Shown here: positions 19,380 to 28,084 of the stretch, piece by piece
How the letters are laid out: each line of letters starts with the position of its first letter
How positions within the stretch are numbered: position 1 is the stretch's first letter
Origin: a virus
Lineage: Duplodnaviria > Caudoviricetes
IMG/VR virus record: IMGVR_UViG_3300044719_000048
Span: 125,545-189,544 of that record
Strand: one strand, 5' to 3'
Length of the DNA: 64,000 bases
Program-made: the position numbers and the translations under genes
The notes under the pieces: generated by a model
The model's input: only the letters and a program-made list of their open reading frames with translations
The model's database searches: none
What the model was told of the DNA's origin: nothing

Positions 19380-20243
19380 ATGCCCATTCAATCACCGAAG
19401 TTTGAGGAGCTGCTGACTGGCTTGTGTTTGACATCGCCTGGTCCCGAGCGCGAGGCGGCGACAAGCAAGCTCACGCAGTTCATCGAGGCGCACGTGATGT
19501 TGCGGCGTACTCAGGCCATCAACGCATTCAAGCGCGCCTGCCAAGCACAGGGATTGATCGCCGTACGCAAGGACGGTTTCGAGCAGTTGGTGAAGGACCT
19601 CGAACACCTGCCCGATGGTGACATGGCGGCCGAGGCCCAACAGCTCCGGCACGACGTATTAGACGTTTCCCTGCCCGATGAAGACGGCAAGCCCGAGTTC
19701 ACGGTTGCGGAAGACGAGGACCTCGACCGCCTGCTGAACAGCACAGCTGCCTTGTTGAGTGGCCGCGCCAATCAGGACGTCGGCATGGCATGGTACGAGG
19801 ACTTGCAGGCGGTGCTGCGCAAGCTCTCACAAATACCGCGCGTCGTTGACCCCAATGACAGAATCAATGTCGAAGGCTTCGATTACCCGACTACGTATGC
19901 TGATCTCGCTCGCTTGCCGGTCGAGAAGCTGTGGAATCGTTTCGTTACAGGTCGGCCGTACCCCGATGCGAAGGTCGCGTTCATGGTGGCACGCGCGATT
20001 CCGTTCCTGTACCAGGTGATCACAGTACCAGGTCAGTGGCATTACGACCCTGAATTTCCACCGGACTATAGGCCGGTGTTGGCTGAGTTGGTACCCAAGC
20101 GCAAGAACGCCAAGGAGCCAGTCTACGCGGTCGTCTGCTATCACCGAACGCAGAAGGGCGTGCATGACGCCGAGCCTGGTTGGTTCGATCCTCGCACCGA
20201 TGACACTTGCGAGGTCCTCCGCTGGCAGTACATCAACGCCTAA
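19380..20243 (+). CDS. hypothetical protein
   Basis: GGAGG SD; 287 aa. Confidence 0.7.
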   Translation: MPIQSPKFEELLTGLCLTSPGPEREAATSKLTQFIEAHVMLRRTQAINAFKRACQAQGLIAVRKDGFEQLVKDLEHLPDGDMAAEAQQLRHDVLDVSLPDEDGKPEFTVAEDEDLDRLLNSTAALLSGRANQDVGMAWYEDLQAVLRKLSQIPRVVDPNDRINVEGFDYPTTYADLARLPVEKLWNRFVTGRPYPDAKVAFMVARAIPFLYQVITVPGQWHYDPEFPPDYRPVLAELVPKRKNAKEPVYAVVCYHRTQKGVHDAEPGWFDPRTDDTCEVLRWQYINA

Positions 20244-20307
20244 TTAAGCAAAGTAAATAGGTGTCAGGACCTCCACGTTGGAGGTCCGCTTTCAAGAAAG
20301 TGCAGGA

Positions 20308-20643
20308 ATGAAGAAACGCAAACTCAATGCAGCCCAGCGCCAGTTGCAGGCCGACTGGGAGAAGATGATGAAGCAACACACGAAGCCTTTGGAGAAGGGC
20401 GCCAAGGCCAAATCGCAAGTCTCTAGCGCAGCGCCGCTGTCGAAGAAGCCCATCAAGCTGCTGGAATCCAGTAGGGTCAACAAGCAGCCTTCGCTCGACA
20501 CGGGGTACACGTCAACGGCACCGCGAGCGCAAATGATGTACAGTGGCGATAAGGTACTCGGAGTGGCTCTGATGCACAAGAGCTCGTACGCGCCGGTCTT
20601 CGATACGGAGTCGGCACAGGAAATCGCGAAGATGCGTCGATGA
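20308..20643 (+). CDS. conserved myophage-type hypothetical protein
   Basis: C-terminal YSGDKVLGVALMHKS..PVF...EIAKMRR, recalled from T4-like phages. Confidence 0.65.
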   Translation: MKKRKLNAAQRQLQADWEKMMKQHTKPLEKGAKAKSQVSSAAPLSKKPIKLLESSRVNKQPSLDTGYTSTAPRAQMMYSGDKVLGVALMHKSSYAPVFDTESAQEIAKMRR

Positions 20644-20672
20644 CGCTTAGATGAAATGAAGAGAGGATTATT

Positions 20673-21116
20673 ATGAAGGCCCATGAAGACGACCTCGCAG
20701 TGGCGAGTGAATACCTCAACGCCAGAAACGCTTCGGTCAAGCAGCTCACCGAACTGGCGCTTCGACTGCAGAACCACGCCTCCGAGCTGGAGGGCGATCC
20801 TGATTGCTGCTCATCCACGAGGGCCCACCTCCGGCTTCAAGCCGCGCAGTTGCTGAATCAGGCTGCGCGCATGCAATCAAGCCTTCTCGATGACGTACAG
20901 CGCGTGTCCAACCTGCTGAACGACCGGCGCCTCGCCGACGGCCTGGAGCTGGATGCAAGCACCTTGTCGCGTATGCGCTCTGGTCATCTGCGCATCGGTG
21001 CGACCTTGATCATCAGCATACACGAGCTGACAGGCTGGCCTGTACGCAACATCAAGACACGACTGAATTTGTCGTGCCTGCCTTCGCTGGCCGCGTATCA
21101 GGCGGCCGCCAAATGA
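20673..21116 (+). CDS. Cro/CI-like HTH DNA-binding protein
   Basis: NDRRLADGLELDASTLSRMRSG HTH followed by LIISIHELTG. Confidence 0.7.
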   Translation: MKAHEDDLAVASEYLNARNASVKQLTELALRLQNHASELEGDPDCCSSTRAHLRLQAAQLLNQAARMQSSLLDDVQRVSNLLNDRRLADGLELDASTLSRMRSGHLRIGATLIISIHELTGWPVRNIKTRLNLSCLPSLAAYQAAAK

Positions 21117-21451
21117 GCGCGTCTGAGAAGGGCCATCTGCGTAGGGCATTCGAGAAGGAACTACGCTTGAAGCCCGAGCAGTGTTCAGTGAACGAATACG
21201 GCGAGTACACGCACAAGTTGACGCATGCGCTGTGGGCCGCGTTCAAGGCCGGACACGGATTCATGCACAAGCGGGGCACGTTCGTGGTCGCAGAGATTCA
21301 TGACAACCGACCGCAGTTCAAGCCCTTGCCAGTCACCTATGACTACCTGGATCACGCTCGTGACGCGCAGCGTAGAATAGCGATCCAGACGCAGTCGGTA
21401 ACGGCAGTGTTCCAACGCGTCTCAGCATTCAATCCTGTCAAGCCTGCCTAA
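21113..21451 (+). CDS. hypothetical protein
   Basis: ATGA-coupled ORF. Confidence 0.6.
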   Translation: MSASEKGHLRRAFEKELRLKPEQCSVNEYGEYTHKLTHALWAAFKAGHGFMHKRGTFVVAEIHDNRPQFKPLPVTYDYLDHARDAQRRIAIQTQSVTAVFQRVSAFNPVKPA

Positions 21452-21461
21452 TTTTTGAGCA
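21445..21461. promoter_or_regulatory. 17-bp palindromic operator (copy 1)
   Basis: TGCCTAATTTTTGAGCA. Confidence 0.7.
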
Positions 21462-21482
21462 CATCATATGTCTTTATGGGTG

Positions 21483-21511
21483 TTGCATTGCGTAAAGACA
21501 TATGATATACT
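21483..21511 (+). promoter_or_regulatory. sigma70-type promoter
   Basis: TTGCAT-17 bp-TATACT with an extended TG. Confidence 0.75.
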
Positions 21512-21538
21512 GTAGGCAAAGCAAACCCGCCTCTTAAC

Positions 21539-21555
21539 TGCCTAATTTTTAGGCA
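21539..21555. promoter_or_regulatory. 17-bp palindromic operator (copy 2)
   Basis: TGCCTAA-TTT-TTAGGCA with perfect arms. Confidence 0.75.
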
Positions 21556-21562
21556 ATTTTCC

Positions 21563-21600
21563 AGCGAAACCTGACGTTTCGCTCTCCCTATGAAAAGGAG
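21563..21600 (+). promoter_or_regulatory. tandem hairpin plus CUAUGAAAA hairpin over SD (copy 3)
   Basis: AGCGAAAC/GTTTCGCT stem abutting CTCC-CTATGAAAA-GGAG. Confidence 0.8.
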
Positions 21601-21607
21601 CTACATC

Positions 21608-21769
21608 ATGGCATTGACCCCTGAACAAATTCTCGAACGATTGAACACGCGTGACCCTGACGACAGCTTGCACGACGATTATTTCGTCGATGCCGAAGAC
21701 GAGCAGGCTCGCATGCGTCGCGGTACGCGCACTCCGACCTCGGCTGCTATGAAAGGAGACGCGAAATGA
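21608..21769 (+). CDS. small hypothetical protein (53 aa, not in ORF track)
   Basis: AAGGAG SD; ATGA overlap with the next gene. Confidence 0.65.
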   Translation: MALTPEQILERLNTRDPDDSLHDDYFVDAEDEQARMRRGTRTPTSAAMKGDAK

Positions 21770-22032
21770 GCAAACTCTACGACAATGCAAAGACCGTCAC
21801 CTTGAAAGCTGTGCGCGCTCTGTATCCCGGATGCCGAATCGAAGCCTACTTCGTAGACGAAGAAACGCCCACCAACTACATCGTAGTCGAGCGCCCAGAC
21901 GCTCACGCGTCAGTCTGGGACGTCAAGGTCGTTCCCGAGGAAGCGTGGAAGAATCCGAAAGCACGGCGCGAATACGCTCATCCCAGTTCGCTGAACACCG
22001 ACCGCTGGACGCTGCTCGGCGAAGCGCCTTAA
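21766..22032 (+). CDS. hypothetical protein
   Basis: AAGGAG SD. Confidence 0.7.
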   Translation: MSKLYDNAKTVTLKAVRALYPGCRIEAYFVDEETPTNYIVVERPDAHASVWDVKVVPEEAWKNPKARREYAHPSSLNTDRWTLLGEAP

Positions 22033-22041
22033 CCCAATCCC

Positions 22042-22077
22042 GCCCGGCCAAGCCGGGCTCTCCCTATGAAAAGGAGA
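22042..22077 (+). promoter_or_regulatory. tandem hairpin plus CUAUGAAAA hairpin over SD (copy 4)
   Basis: GCCCGGC/GCCGGGC stem abutting TCTCC-CTATGAAAA-GGAGA. Confidence 0.8.
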
Positions 22078-22081
22078 CATC

Positions 22082-22342
22082 ATGTCTATGTACTTCGGCG
22101 ACATCGCCAAAACCGTCAAGCCCATCCCAAACGTTCGTATAGGGACTGAAGTCCAGATTTCCGCAGTCGGCGTGTACAAAGGAAAGCTCTCGTACACTGT
22201 CGTAGTACGCGACGCAGCTGGAAACCTCGTCGACGAGGTCGGCCCTTACCCTGCCTCTGCGTTCCAGTTCGTCGACCGCTGCACCACTGGCAGCGAGCTC
22301 TTACTTATCGACTGGCTCTCCAAGCACGGAAAGGGTAAATGA
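22082..22342 (+). CDS. hypothetical protein
   Basis: AAGGAG SD. Confidence 0.7.
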   Translation: MSMYFGDIAKTVKPIPNVRIGTEVQISAVGVYKGKLSYTVVVRDAAGNLVDEVGPYPASAFQFVDRCTTGSELLLIDWLSKHGKGK

Positions 22343-22584
22343 TGCGTATCGTCTTCACTCGCGGCAACATGGTCGACACTGGCTGGAAGCTCACCAACAC
22401 GCCACTTGGCTTGTTCGCAGAGCGCGAGGACCCCGAGGGAGGTATAACACTGTTCATGCGCGATCAGGGCGGCGACCGCCTGGAGTTCACCCCTCCGAAA
22501 CTCGAATCGTTCAACGACGGCAAGTTCATGGCCCATCTGTTCGACGTGCTGGCCGAGAACAACACCAACTACACTCTCGTATAG
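22339..22584 (+). CDS. hypothetical protein
   Basis: Coupled ORF. Confidence 0.65.
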   Translation: MMRIVFTRGNMVDTGWKLTNTPLGLFAEREDPEGGITLFMRDQGGDRLEFTPPKLESFNDGKFMAHLFDVLAENNTNYTLV

Positions 22585-22593
22585 GAGTCTCTA

Positions 22594-22809
22594 ATGAATC
22601 TCGGACACTTGCGCGCGTTTCTTGCACGCGCCGATGTGCAAGCGCTGGCTGACGATGTTGAAGTCGGGTGCGTCGGTCACTATGGTGAGCTGTGCCGCTT
22701 CCAAGGAGACGATCCTTCGCTTCAGACGCTGAAGCGTAATACCTTCGACTACACTATGGTTCAGGCCGTCATCTTGCCCGGCATTGATGTTGGACCTGAA
22801 CCCGATTGA
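22594..22809 (+). CDS. hypothetical protein
   Basis: AGGAG SD. Confidence 0.65.
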   Translation: MNLGHLRAFLARADVQALADDVEVGCVGHYGELCRFQGDDPSLQTLKRNTFDYTMVQAVILPGIDVGPEPD

Positions 22810-22814
22810 TCTTT

Positions 22815-22850
22815 CCCGGCTGTGGAAGCCGGGTTCCCTATGAAAAGGAA
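22815..22850 (+). promoter_or_regulatory. tandem hairpin plus CUAUGAAAA hairpin over SD (copy 5)
   Basis: CCCGGCT/AGCCGGG stem abutting TTCC-CTATGAAAA-GGAA. Confidence 0.8.
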
Positions 22851-22859
22851 TTATCTATC

Positions 22860-23186
22860 ATGTCTTTCCGTGACGATCTGGTCAAAGACCACCTCGAACA
22901 GAAGCACCGGGCCTCGCAGCAGCCGCCCTCGTACGTGCTGATGCTGCACATGAATCCGGACGCGTACAATCTCGACCTGCACTTGTGCGTTCAGCACGTG
23001 CTGTTGGACCACCTGAACATCTGTGCGGCCGACGCCGAGAAGGCTATCAAGGGCGCCGCCAACAGTGGCGCTTCGGTAATCAAGCCCGTGACCAAGGACG
23101 TCGGCGAGTCCATGATGCAGCGAGTCGAGACCTGCATGGTATTGCTACTGAGTACCAACTTCAAAGTCGCCCTCGAACTGCTGTAG
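22860..23186 (+). CDS. ClpS-like protein (divergent)
   Basis: PPSYVLMLH...VQHVL...A...GASVI...TKDVGE parallels ClpS. Confidence 0.6.
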   Translation: MSFRDDLVKDHLEQKHRASQQPPSYVLMLHMNPDAYNLDLHLCVQHVLLDHLNICAADAEKAIKGAANSGASVIKPVTKDVGESMMQRVETCMVLLLSTNFKVALELL

Positions 23187-23192
23187 CCTCGT

Positions 23193-23209
23193 TTCCCTAT
23201 GAAAAGGAA
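23193..23209 (+). promoter_or_regulatory. CUAUGAAAA hairpin over SD (copy 6)
   Basis: TTCC-CTATGAAAA-GGAA. Confidence 0.8.
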
Positions 23210-23214
23210 TGACC

Positions 23215-23532
23215 ATGAAGTTCGTCTATGACAAAACGCCTGCTCACCATGCCCTCCGCCTGCGCAAGCTGCAGGAGCAAATCGAGAAGGAGCGCGCCAA
23301 ACTGCGCGACCTCGAAAAGGAGGCCGAGCAACTCAAGACCTTCCTGCTGAAGGTGAATCGTGGTAAATCGTTCGCATTCAACGGCACTCTGTATCAGATG
23401 TGCGTGAAGGTTACGCGGTCGGCGCGCATGGTCCTCGACCAAGAGGAATGCAAGCGCCTGCTGAAATCCAGAACCCCCTACAAACCCGCCAACGTGGTCA
23501 AAGTGGCCATCGATTACGTCTACGAGGACTGA
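23215..23532 (+). CDS. coiled-coil hypothetical protein
   Basis: AAGGA SD with good spacing to ATG 23215. Confidence 0.7.
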   Translation: MKFVYDKTPAHHALRLRKLQEQIEKERAKLRDLEKEAEQLKTFLLKVNRGKSFAFNGTLYQMCVKVTRSARMVLDQEECKRLLKSRTPYKPANVVKVAIDYVYED

Positions 23533-23533
23533 C

Positions 23534-24409
23534 ATGAACAAATACGAACTGTTGAAGAACGACATCATCGAAGTCGACGGCCAGAAGCTGTACCGCATAC
23601 GTGCGTTGCGTACCTTCGGCCACGTTGTCGAGGGAGACGAGGGCGGATACATCGCCACCGAAGACAACCTCTCCCATACAGGTAAGGCGTGGGTTGGCGA
23701 AAGGGCGAAGATCTACGATACTGCCCGTGTCCTCGACAACGCCCACGTCGCCTGGGCTGCCTCTGTCTATGGTGCAGCTACCATAATGGGAGACGCCAAG
23801 GTAGGCGGATTCTCGCGAATCTACGACTCAGCCACCGTGAGTGGAAGGGCTCAGGTTCGTGGCGAGTCACACGTCTTCGGCTCTGCCTCGGTTGCAGGCG
23901 ACGCTCATGTAGCGCTCTCTTCTCGGGTCTATGGTTCTGCCTGCGTTGAGGGTCACGCACGCGTACTCGGTGCTCAGGTCTATCAGCACGCCATTGTTAG
24001 TGGTAGTGCCATTATCCGCGGCTCCGTTACGGTTCGGGGTCACGCTAACATACACGGCAACGCTGAGATTCGACGTGCTGACGCATACGAACCAGTACTC
24101 ACGTGCACTGACGACTGGGTCGTGTTCACCAACGTCGGTTCTGAGAACGGTGCTCTGACCGTCTACAGAGCAAGTTCCAGCATCTTTCTGTGCACGCGCG
24201 GGTGCTTCACTGGCACGGTTGACGACTTCCTCCACGCGGTACGTATGGAACACGGAGCCAGCGTCATCGCACAGGAATACGAACTTCTGATTCAAATGGC
24301 GAAGCTGCGACTGAATCGGCCTAAGCCGGCCGATTCGCCCGCCATTGAAGGCAGCGCGGACCTCAATCCTCTTGCAACTCCGGCCATCGAAGACTGGGAG
24401 GAAGCGTGA
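23534..24409 (+). CDS. left-handed beta-helix (hexapeptide-repeat) phage protein
   Basis: RIRALRTFG.V..GD.GGYI start; repeated [AV].V.G.A hexapeptides; GCFTGT. Confidence 0.8.
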   Translation: MNKYELLKNDIIEVDGQKLYRIRALRTFGHVVEGDEGGYIATEDNLSHTGKAWVGERAKIYDTARVLDNAHVAWAASVYGAATIMGDAKVGGFSRIYDSATVSGRAQVRGESHVFGSASVAGDAHVALSSRVYGSACVEGHARVLGAQVYQHAIVSGSAIIRGSVTVRGHANIHGNAEIRRADAYEPVLTCTDDWVVFTNVGSENGALTVYRASSSIFLCTRGCFTGTVDDFLHAVRMEHGASVIAQEYELLIQMAKLRLNRPKPADSPAIEGSADLNPLATPAIEDWEEA

Positions 24410-24732
24410 TCATCGAGTGCTACGTGTTTATGCCGTACGAAGGCCAACTACGCTTCTCCTACGACACTGAGACCAACCAGATCGGAAAGTCCAATCCTAC
24501 TGCTGACGCGCCTCTCGGCGTCTTCAAGTTGACGGGCCAAAGACCGCCGACCTGCAAGGAATTCATCTATTCGGGAAAGCATCACTTTGATGACAACATT
24601 CGGCTGATCATCCTCCGTTGGATCATTCCACGCCTCGCCAACGAGGTTCAAGTGGAGCTTGGCGACGAACTACTTGGGGCCTTTCCGTTCAGTCAGGGCT
24701 TCAAGTTCACAGCACGCCGCGTTGCTCAGTAA
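24406..24732 (+). CDS. hypothetical protein
   Basis: GGAGG SD; GTGA overlap. Confidence 0.65.
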   Translation: MIIECYVFMPYEGQLRFSYDTETNQIGKSNPTADAPLGVFKLTGQRPPTCKEFIYSGKHHFDDNIRLIILRWIIPRLANEVQVELGDELLGAFPFSQGFKFTARRVAQ

Positions 24733-24746
24733 ATAGTAGTACACAA

Positions 24747-24761
24747 TCCCTATGAAAAGGA
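24747..24761 (+). promoter_or_regulatory. CUAUGAAAA hairpin over SD (copy 7)
   Basis: TCC-CTATGAAAA-GGA, just after AGTAAATAGTAGTAC. Confidence 0.8.
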
Positions 24762-24768
24762 ACTAATC

Positions 24769-25215
24769 ATGGCACTCCAAATCCGGCTCCGCAATCAACT
24801 CGACGAAGACACGGTCCACGCTACAGTGCGTTGCGATCAACACACGTACAAGGCATTGAAGCAGTTCATGCACTGCAACGATCTCGTCGGCATTCGTTTC
24901 CCTCATGGCGTCCGCTTGCTGCCTCGTGGCCGCGGCTGGTATCGTCTGGAGGCGTCGAATTCGCACCGCGCAGCTGAGAAAGTGGAGTTCGCTGTTAAAG
25001 CCATGAAGCGTTTCCAGAAGGAGCAGGAGCGTGGAGTCGATGAAGCCATCAAGCTCTTTGCTCCCGTCATGAAGGATCCCGATCTCAAGATCGTCAGTTT
25101 CAGCAACGCGTACTCGGAAGGCGAGTACGGATATATGGGCGTCCCGCAGCGCAAGCCGGCGTCTCAACACAAACTCAACGCGCTGGTCGCCAAGTTCGGC
25201 CGGCCGCAAAACTAA
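24769..25215 (+). CDS. hypothetical protein
   Basis: AAGGA SD. Confidence 0.7.
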   Translation: MALQIRLRNQLDEDTVHATVRCDQHTYKALKQFMHCNDLVGIRFPHGVRLLPRGRGWYRLEASNSHRAAEKVEFAVKAMKRFQKEQERGVDEAIKLFAPVMKDPDLKIVSFSNAYSEGEYGYMGVPQRKPASQHKLNALVAKFGRPQN

Positions 25216-25224
25216 GGCTAAATC

Positions 25225-25560
25225 ATGGAGCTCGCAATGTCTCTCACCACGCACCAACTGGGTCTGGTCCAAGAACCGACCAAACGAAAGTTCGTCTCCC
25301 GAGCGGAGACCGTGCCGAAAGTCAATACGGTAATCGACATCGACATCAACTTCGTCGTCTTCGAGGACGCTGACGGCAATCCGAAGACGCCGATGACGAA
25401 GGCCCGCTATGACAGCAAGGTCAAGAAGTGGGTGCAAGTGCCCGTGTCGATGGCCGGTCTCATGCTGTTCTTCAACACAACCCCCACCGAGAAGCACACG
25501 AAAGCACGCATTCAGTCAATCATTCCGAATGGCCGCGCGTGCTATGTGGAGCCCGAATGA
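25225..25560 (+). CDS. hypothetical protein
   Basis: ORF in the gene run. Confidence 0.65.
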   Translation: MELAMSLTTHQLGLVQEPTKRKFVSRAETVPKVNTVIDIDINFVVFEDADGNPKTPMTKARYDSKVKKWVQVPVSMAGLMLFFNTTPTEKHTKARIQSIIPNGRACYVEPE

Positions 25561-26321
25561 AGCTCGTACTGTGGCGGCCGCCACTGGATCTTGCAATGCT
25601 GGCGGCCTACAACAAGATGCGAGCGGCAGCGGAGAAGCAGCGCACGTACTATGAGCGCGTCATCAAGCAGGTGGACCACATCGTAGGCCGGTTAGCAAAC
25701 GATTACTGCGAGAAGGAGCTGCTTCACATAGAAGACCTCCAGCGCGAGCTCCGCCTGATCACGAAAGGCACGCCTCTGACGGAGGCCTTGTCACCTGATG
25801 ACAAGGAGCCGATTCTCACATCGACTCCGGGCTTTAGTCAGCGACAGTACGATGCGCACACGGAACTGCTGAAAAAGGCGTACCGCAAGGTGGCAATGCT
25901 GTGTCACCCGGACCGCGAAGGCGGAGATCATTCAGTCTTCCAAGAGGTCGAGATCGCGTATAAGATGCGAGACCTCAATCGCTTGAACGCGATCTATCTG
26001 TCGATCCTGCAGGGCCGCAATTTGTATTGGCAACAATCAGAAGGTGTGTACCACGTCAGTTCTGAGTACCATCGCTACGGCGTGGAGCTTGAACTGCTGC
26101 AACAAACAGCCGGTTGGCGGGCTACACGCCTGTATCTTGCTGGGCAAGTAAATAGTGCTGCGGAGATCGTTCGTGTGTATCTCACGGACAAAGTCGCAGC
26201 ATTGCTTAACGAAATCAACTACGTCATAATCAAAGGACAACCAAATGGCAAAGAAGGAACAGAAGGTCGAGAAATCAGACAAGAAGTCGTCGAAGAAAAA
26301 TTCTTCTACCAAGGGAAGTGA
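25557..26321 (+). CDS. J-domain (DnaJ-like) protein
   Basis: LKKAYRKVAMLCHPDREGG...FQEVEIAY. Confidence 0.8.
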   Translation: MKLVLWRPPLDLAMLAAYNKMRAAAEKQRTYYERVIKQVDHIVGRLANDYCEKELLHIEDLQRELRLITKGTPLTEALSPDDKEPILTSTPGFSQRQYDAHTELLKKAYRKVAMLCHPDREGGDHSVFQEVEIAYKMRDLNRLNAIYLSILQGRNLYWQQSEGVYHVSSEYHRYGVELELLQQTAGWRATRLYLAGQVNSAAEIVRVYLTDKVAALLNEINYVIIKGQPNGKEGTEGREIRQEVVEEKFFYQGK

Positions 26322-26913
26322 CAAAGATCTGACTCCGCTTGAAAAAGCACGATTGGCCCGTGCAGCTGGCAAAGGAAAGGCAAACGGCAAGGCCAAGGCC
26401 GGCAAGAAAAACGCGCTGCCGATCTTTAAGGCCCCCGAAGACTTCAAGCCCCACTTCGTGACCGTCCTGATGAAGGTCGAAAAAGACGGCCTGCTCAGCT
26501 CGTCCGTGAAGATGACGCGCTACCAAGGCCGCTACGACCCGGAGGCCGACGACAAGAAGAAATTCGATGTAGCCACCTACGATCAGAAGACCGTGCAAGG
26601 TGTTCTCTCGCGCTTCGCGATGGTGACCTACGTCACGAACGCCGCCAAGCGTCTTCCGGCTGGCGCCGTCTACCAGGTGCTGCTGCGTATCAATCGCAAG
26701 TCGGCAGACGGCTCGATCTCGGTCCTGTTCAAGGGCATGGAGCAGGCGCAGAAGTCGGCCAAGACCGGCCGAGTCAAGATGGTGGCGCTGGACAAGACCG
26801 ATCCGGTGTATCGCAAGTTCCGCAAAGCCGCGCGCCTGCTGCCGTCGGCCTTCAAGGAAGTGTTGATGCCGCCGAAGCGTACCCGCGGCGCCAACAAGAA
26901 AGAAGATGAGTAA
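26245..26913 (+). CDS. basic protein with Lys-rich N-terminus
   Basis: AAGGA SD; strong codon bias; K/A/G-rich N-terminus. Confidence 0.8.
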   Translation: MAKKEQKVEKSDKKSSKKNSSTKGSDKDLTPLEKARLARAAGKGKANGKAKAGKKNALPIFKAPEDFKPHFVTVLMKVEKDGLLSSSVKMTRYQGRYDPEADDKKKFDVATYDQKTVQGVLSRFAMVTYVTNAAKRLPAGAVYQVLLRINRKSADGSISVLFKGMEQAQKSAKTGRVKMVALDKTDPVYRKFRKAARLLPSAFKEVLMPPKRTRGANKKEDE

Positions 26914-27337
26914 TCCTCCGCTCTTTCCGTACCAGCAGGAGATCGTAGACCGCCTGAAAGCCCTTGGCACAGGCCGCGCTGTCTACGATCTTCCTTTCGG
27001 TAATCGTCTTGGCTTGCGTAGTGCAGATCGTGCACTCGAGCGTGCTACGCTGGCTGTAGACATCGAGGCTTCCGGCCTCAGTGCAGTAAATGAGGTGAAA
27101 ACGCTGGATCTCACGAACGTCGAGCAGCGCATCGCGAAATCCATTTCCAGACGTGATCTGCAGAACGCACTGTTCGGCATTCGCTACGGCAACTCGCGGA
27201 TCAGCACCTACGTGCACGAAGACAATGCCCTCAGGTTCTTCGGTGGCAAAGTCGACACTGGTGCCACTCCGGCATTGTATCTGCGCAAGACCCTGATGTA
27301 CTATCATGTGCAGTCTGCACTGATGAGCTGGAGCTAG
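26906..27337 (+). CDS. hypothetical protein with PolA-like motif fragments
   Basis: DIEASGL, DLTNVEQRI, NALFGIRYG, VHED. Confidence 0.6.
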   Translation: MSNPPLFPYQQEIVDRLKALGTGRAVYDLPFGNRLGLRSADRALERATLAVDIEASGLSAVNEVKTLDLTNVEQRIAKSISRRDLQNALFGIRYGNSRISTYVHEDNALRFFGGKVDTGATPALYLRKTLMYYHVQSALMSWS

Positions 27338-27340
27338 TAA

Positions 27341-27721
27341 ATGAAGATCACAATCGAAGTGCCTGACGAGCAAGGCCCTGCTTTCGAGGAATGGCTACGC
27401 AGTGTCAAGAAGCCAGTCAGTACGACGCACGCCAGAGAAGTATCGCTGGTGATCTCTACGGAGATTCGGCGGTACAAACCAGCGCGTACTACATGGATGG
27501 ATACCAACGCCCTGCGCATTCCGCTGCTCGCAATTACACATGACTACGTTCGTCAGTTCGCGGTCTACGACGTAGTGGAGAACGCGCACTCGGGCGACTG
27601 GGGCGTGGTGACGAAGATCGAAGGCGATGTTCTGACCGTCAAGGCCTCGAAGGAAACAGTCGACAAGACCGGCGCGGCAAAACTGGAGATCCATATTTCC
27701 AATGCGCGTCACCTGGTCTAG
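27341..27721 (+). CDS. hypothetical protein
   Basis: ORF in the gene run. Confidence 0.65.
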   Translation: MKITIEVPDEQGPAFEEWLRSVKKPVSTTHAREVSLVISTEIRRYKPARTTWMDTNALRIPLLAITHDYVRQFAVYDVVENAHSGDWGVVTKIEGDVLTVKASKETVDKTGAAKLEIHISNARHLV

Positions 27722-27745
27722 TAAATGCTCGGAAAGTGAGATCAA

Positions 27746-28084
27746 ATGTTCAAGTGGAAGACCGGGCGGCAAGGGACAGGGTACGAAGTGCTCACGCTCT
27801 TGTGCAGTGAGTGGCTGAAGGCGGATTGCTACATCATCCGCTATCGGGAAGGCTCAAGCATTCCGCAGCACACCGACAAGGTCGAAACTGGCTATAAGCA
27901 CTTTCGCCTGAATCTCGTGTTGCGCGCTGCGAGCGCAGGCGGCGTGCTCCAGTGCGAGCGCTCGATCTTCAGACTAGGGCCATTGAACCTCTTCAGACCG
28001 GACGAGGTGGCGCATTCAGTCACTAAGGTAACAAAAGGCAGTCGGTATGTGTTGAGCATCGGCTGGAAGTGCCGCAGTAAATAG
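27746..28084 (+). CDS. 2OG-Fe(II) oxygenase
   Basis: HTD...HSVTKV..GSRYVLS (HxD...H...R). Confidence 0.8.
   Translation: MFKWKTGRQGTGYEVLTLLCSEWLKADCYIIRYREGSSIPQHTDKVETGYKHFRLNLVLRAASAGGVLQCERSIFRLGPLNLFRPDEVAHSVTKVTKGSRYVLSIGWKCRSK

Noticed and set aside
21748-21759. CTATGAAAGGAG near-copy of the motif before gene 21766
   Set aside because: It is one A short and has no pairing 5' arm. It may be a decayed copy and was not counted.
21563-24761. TCCCTATGAAAAGGA repeats as a CRISPR array or integron-like cassette sites
   Set aside because: The repeats are 15 bp, spaced by whole genes at irregular distances, with no cas or integrase gene. Covariation and SD overlap point to an RNA element. 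A recombination role is not strictly excluded.
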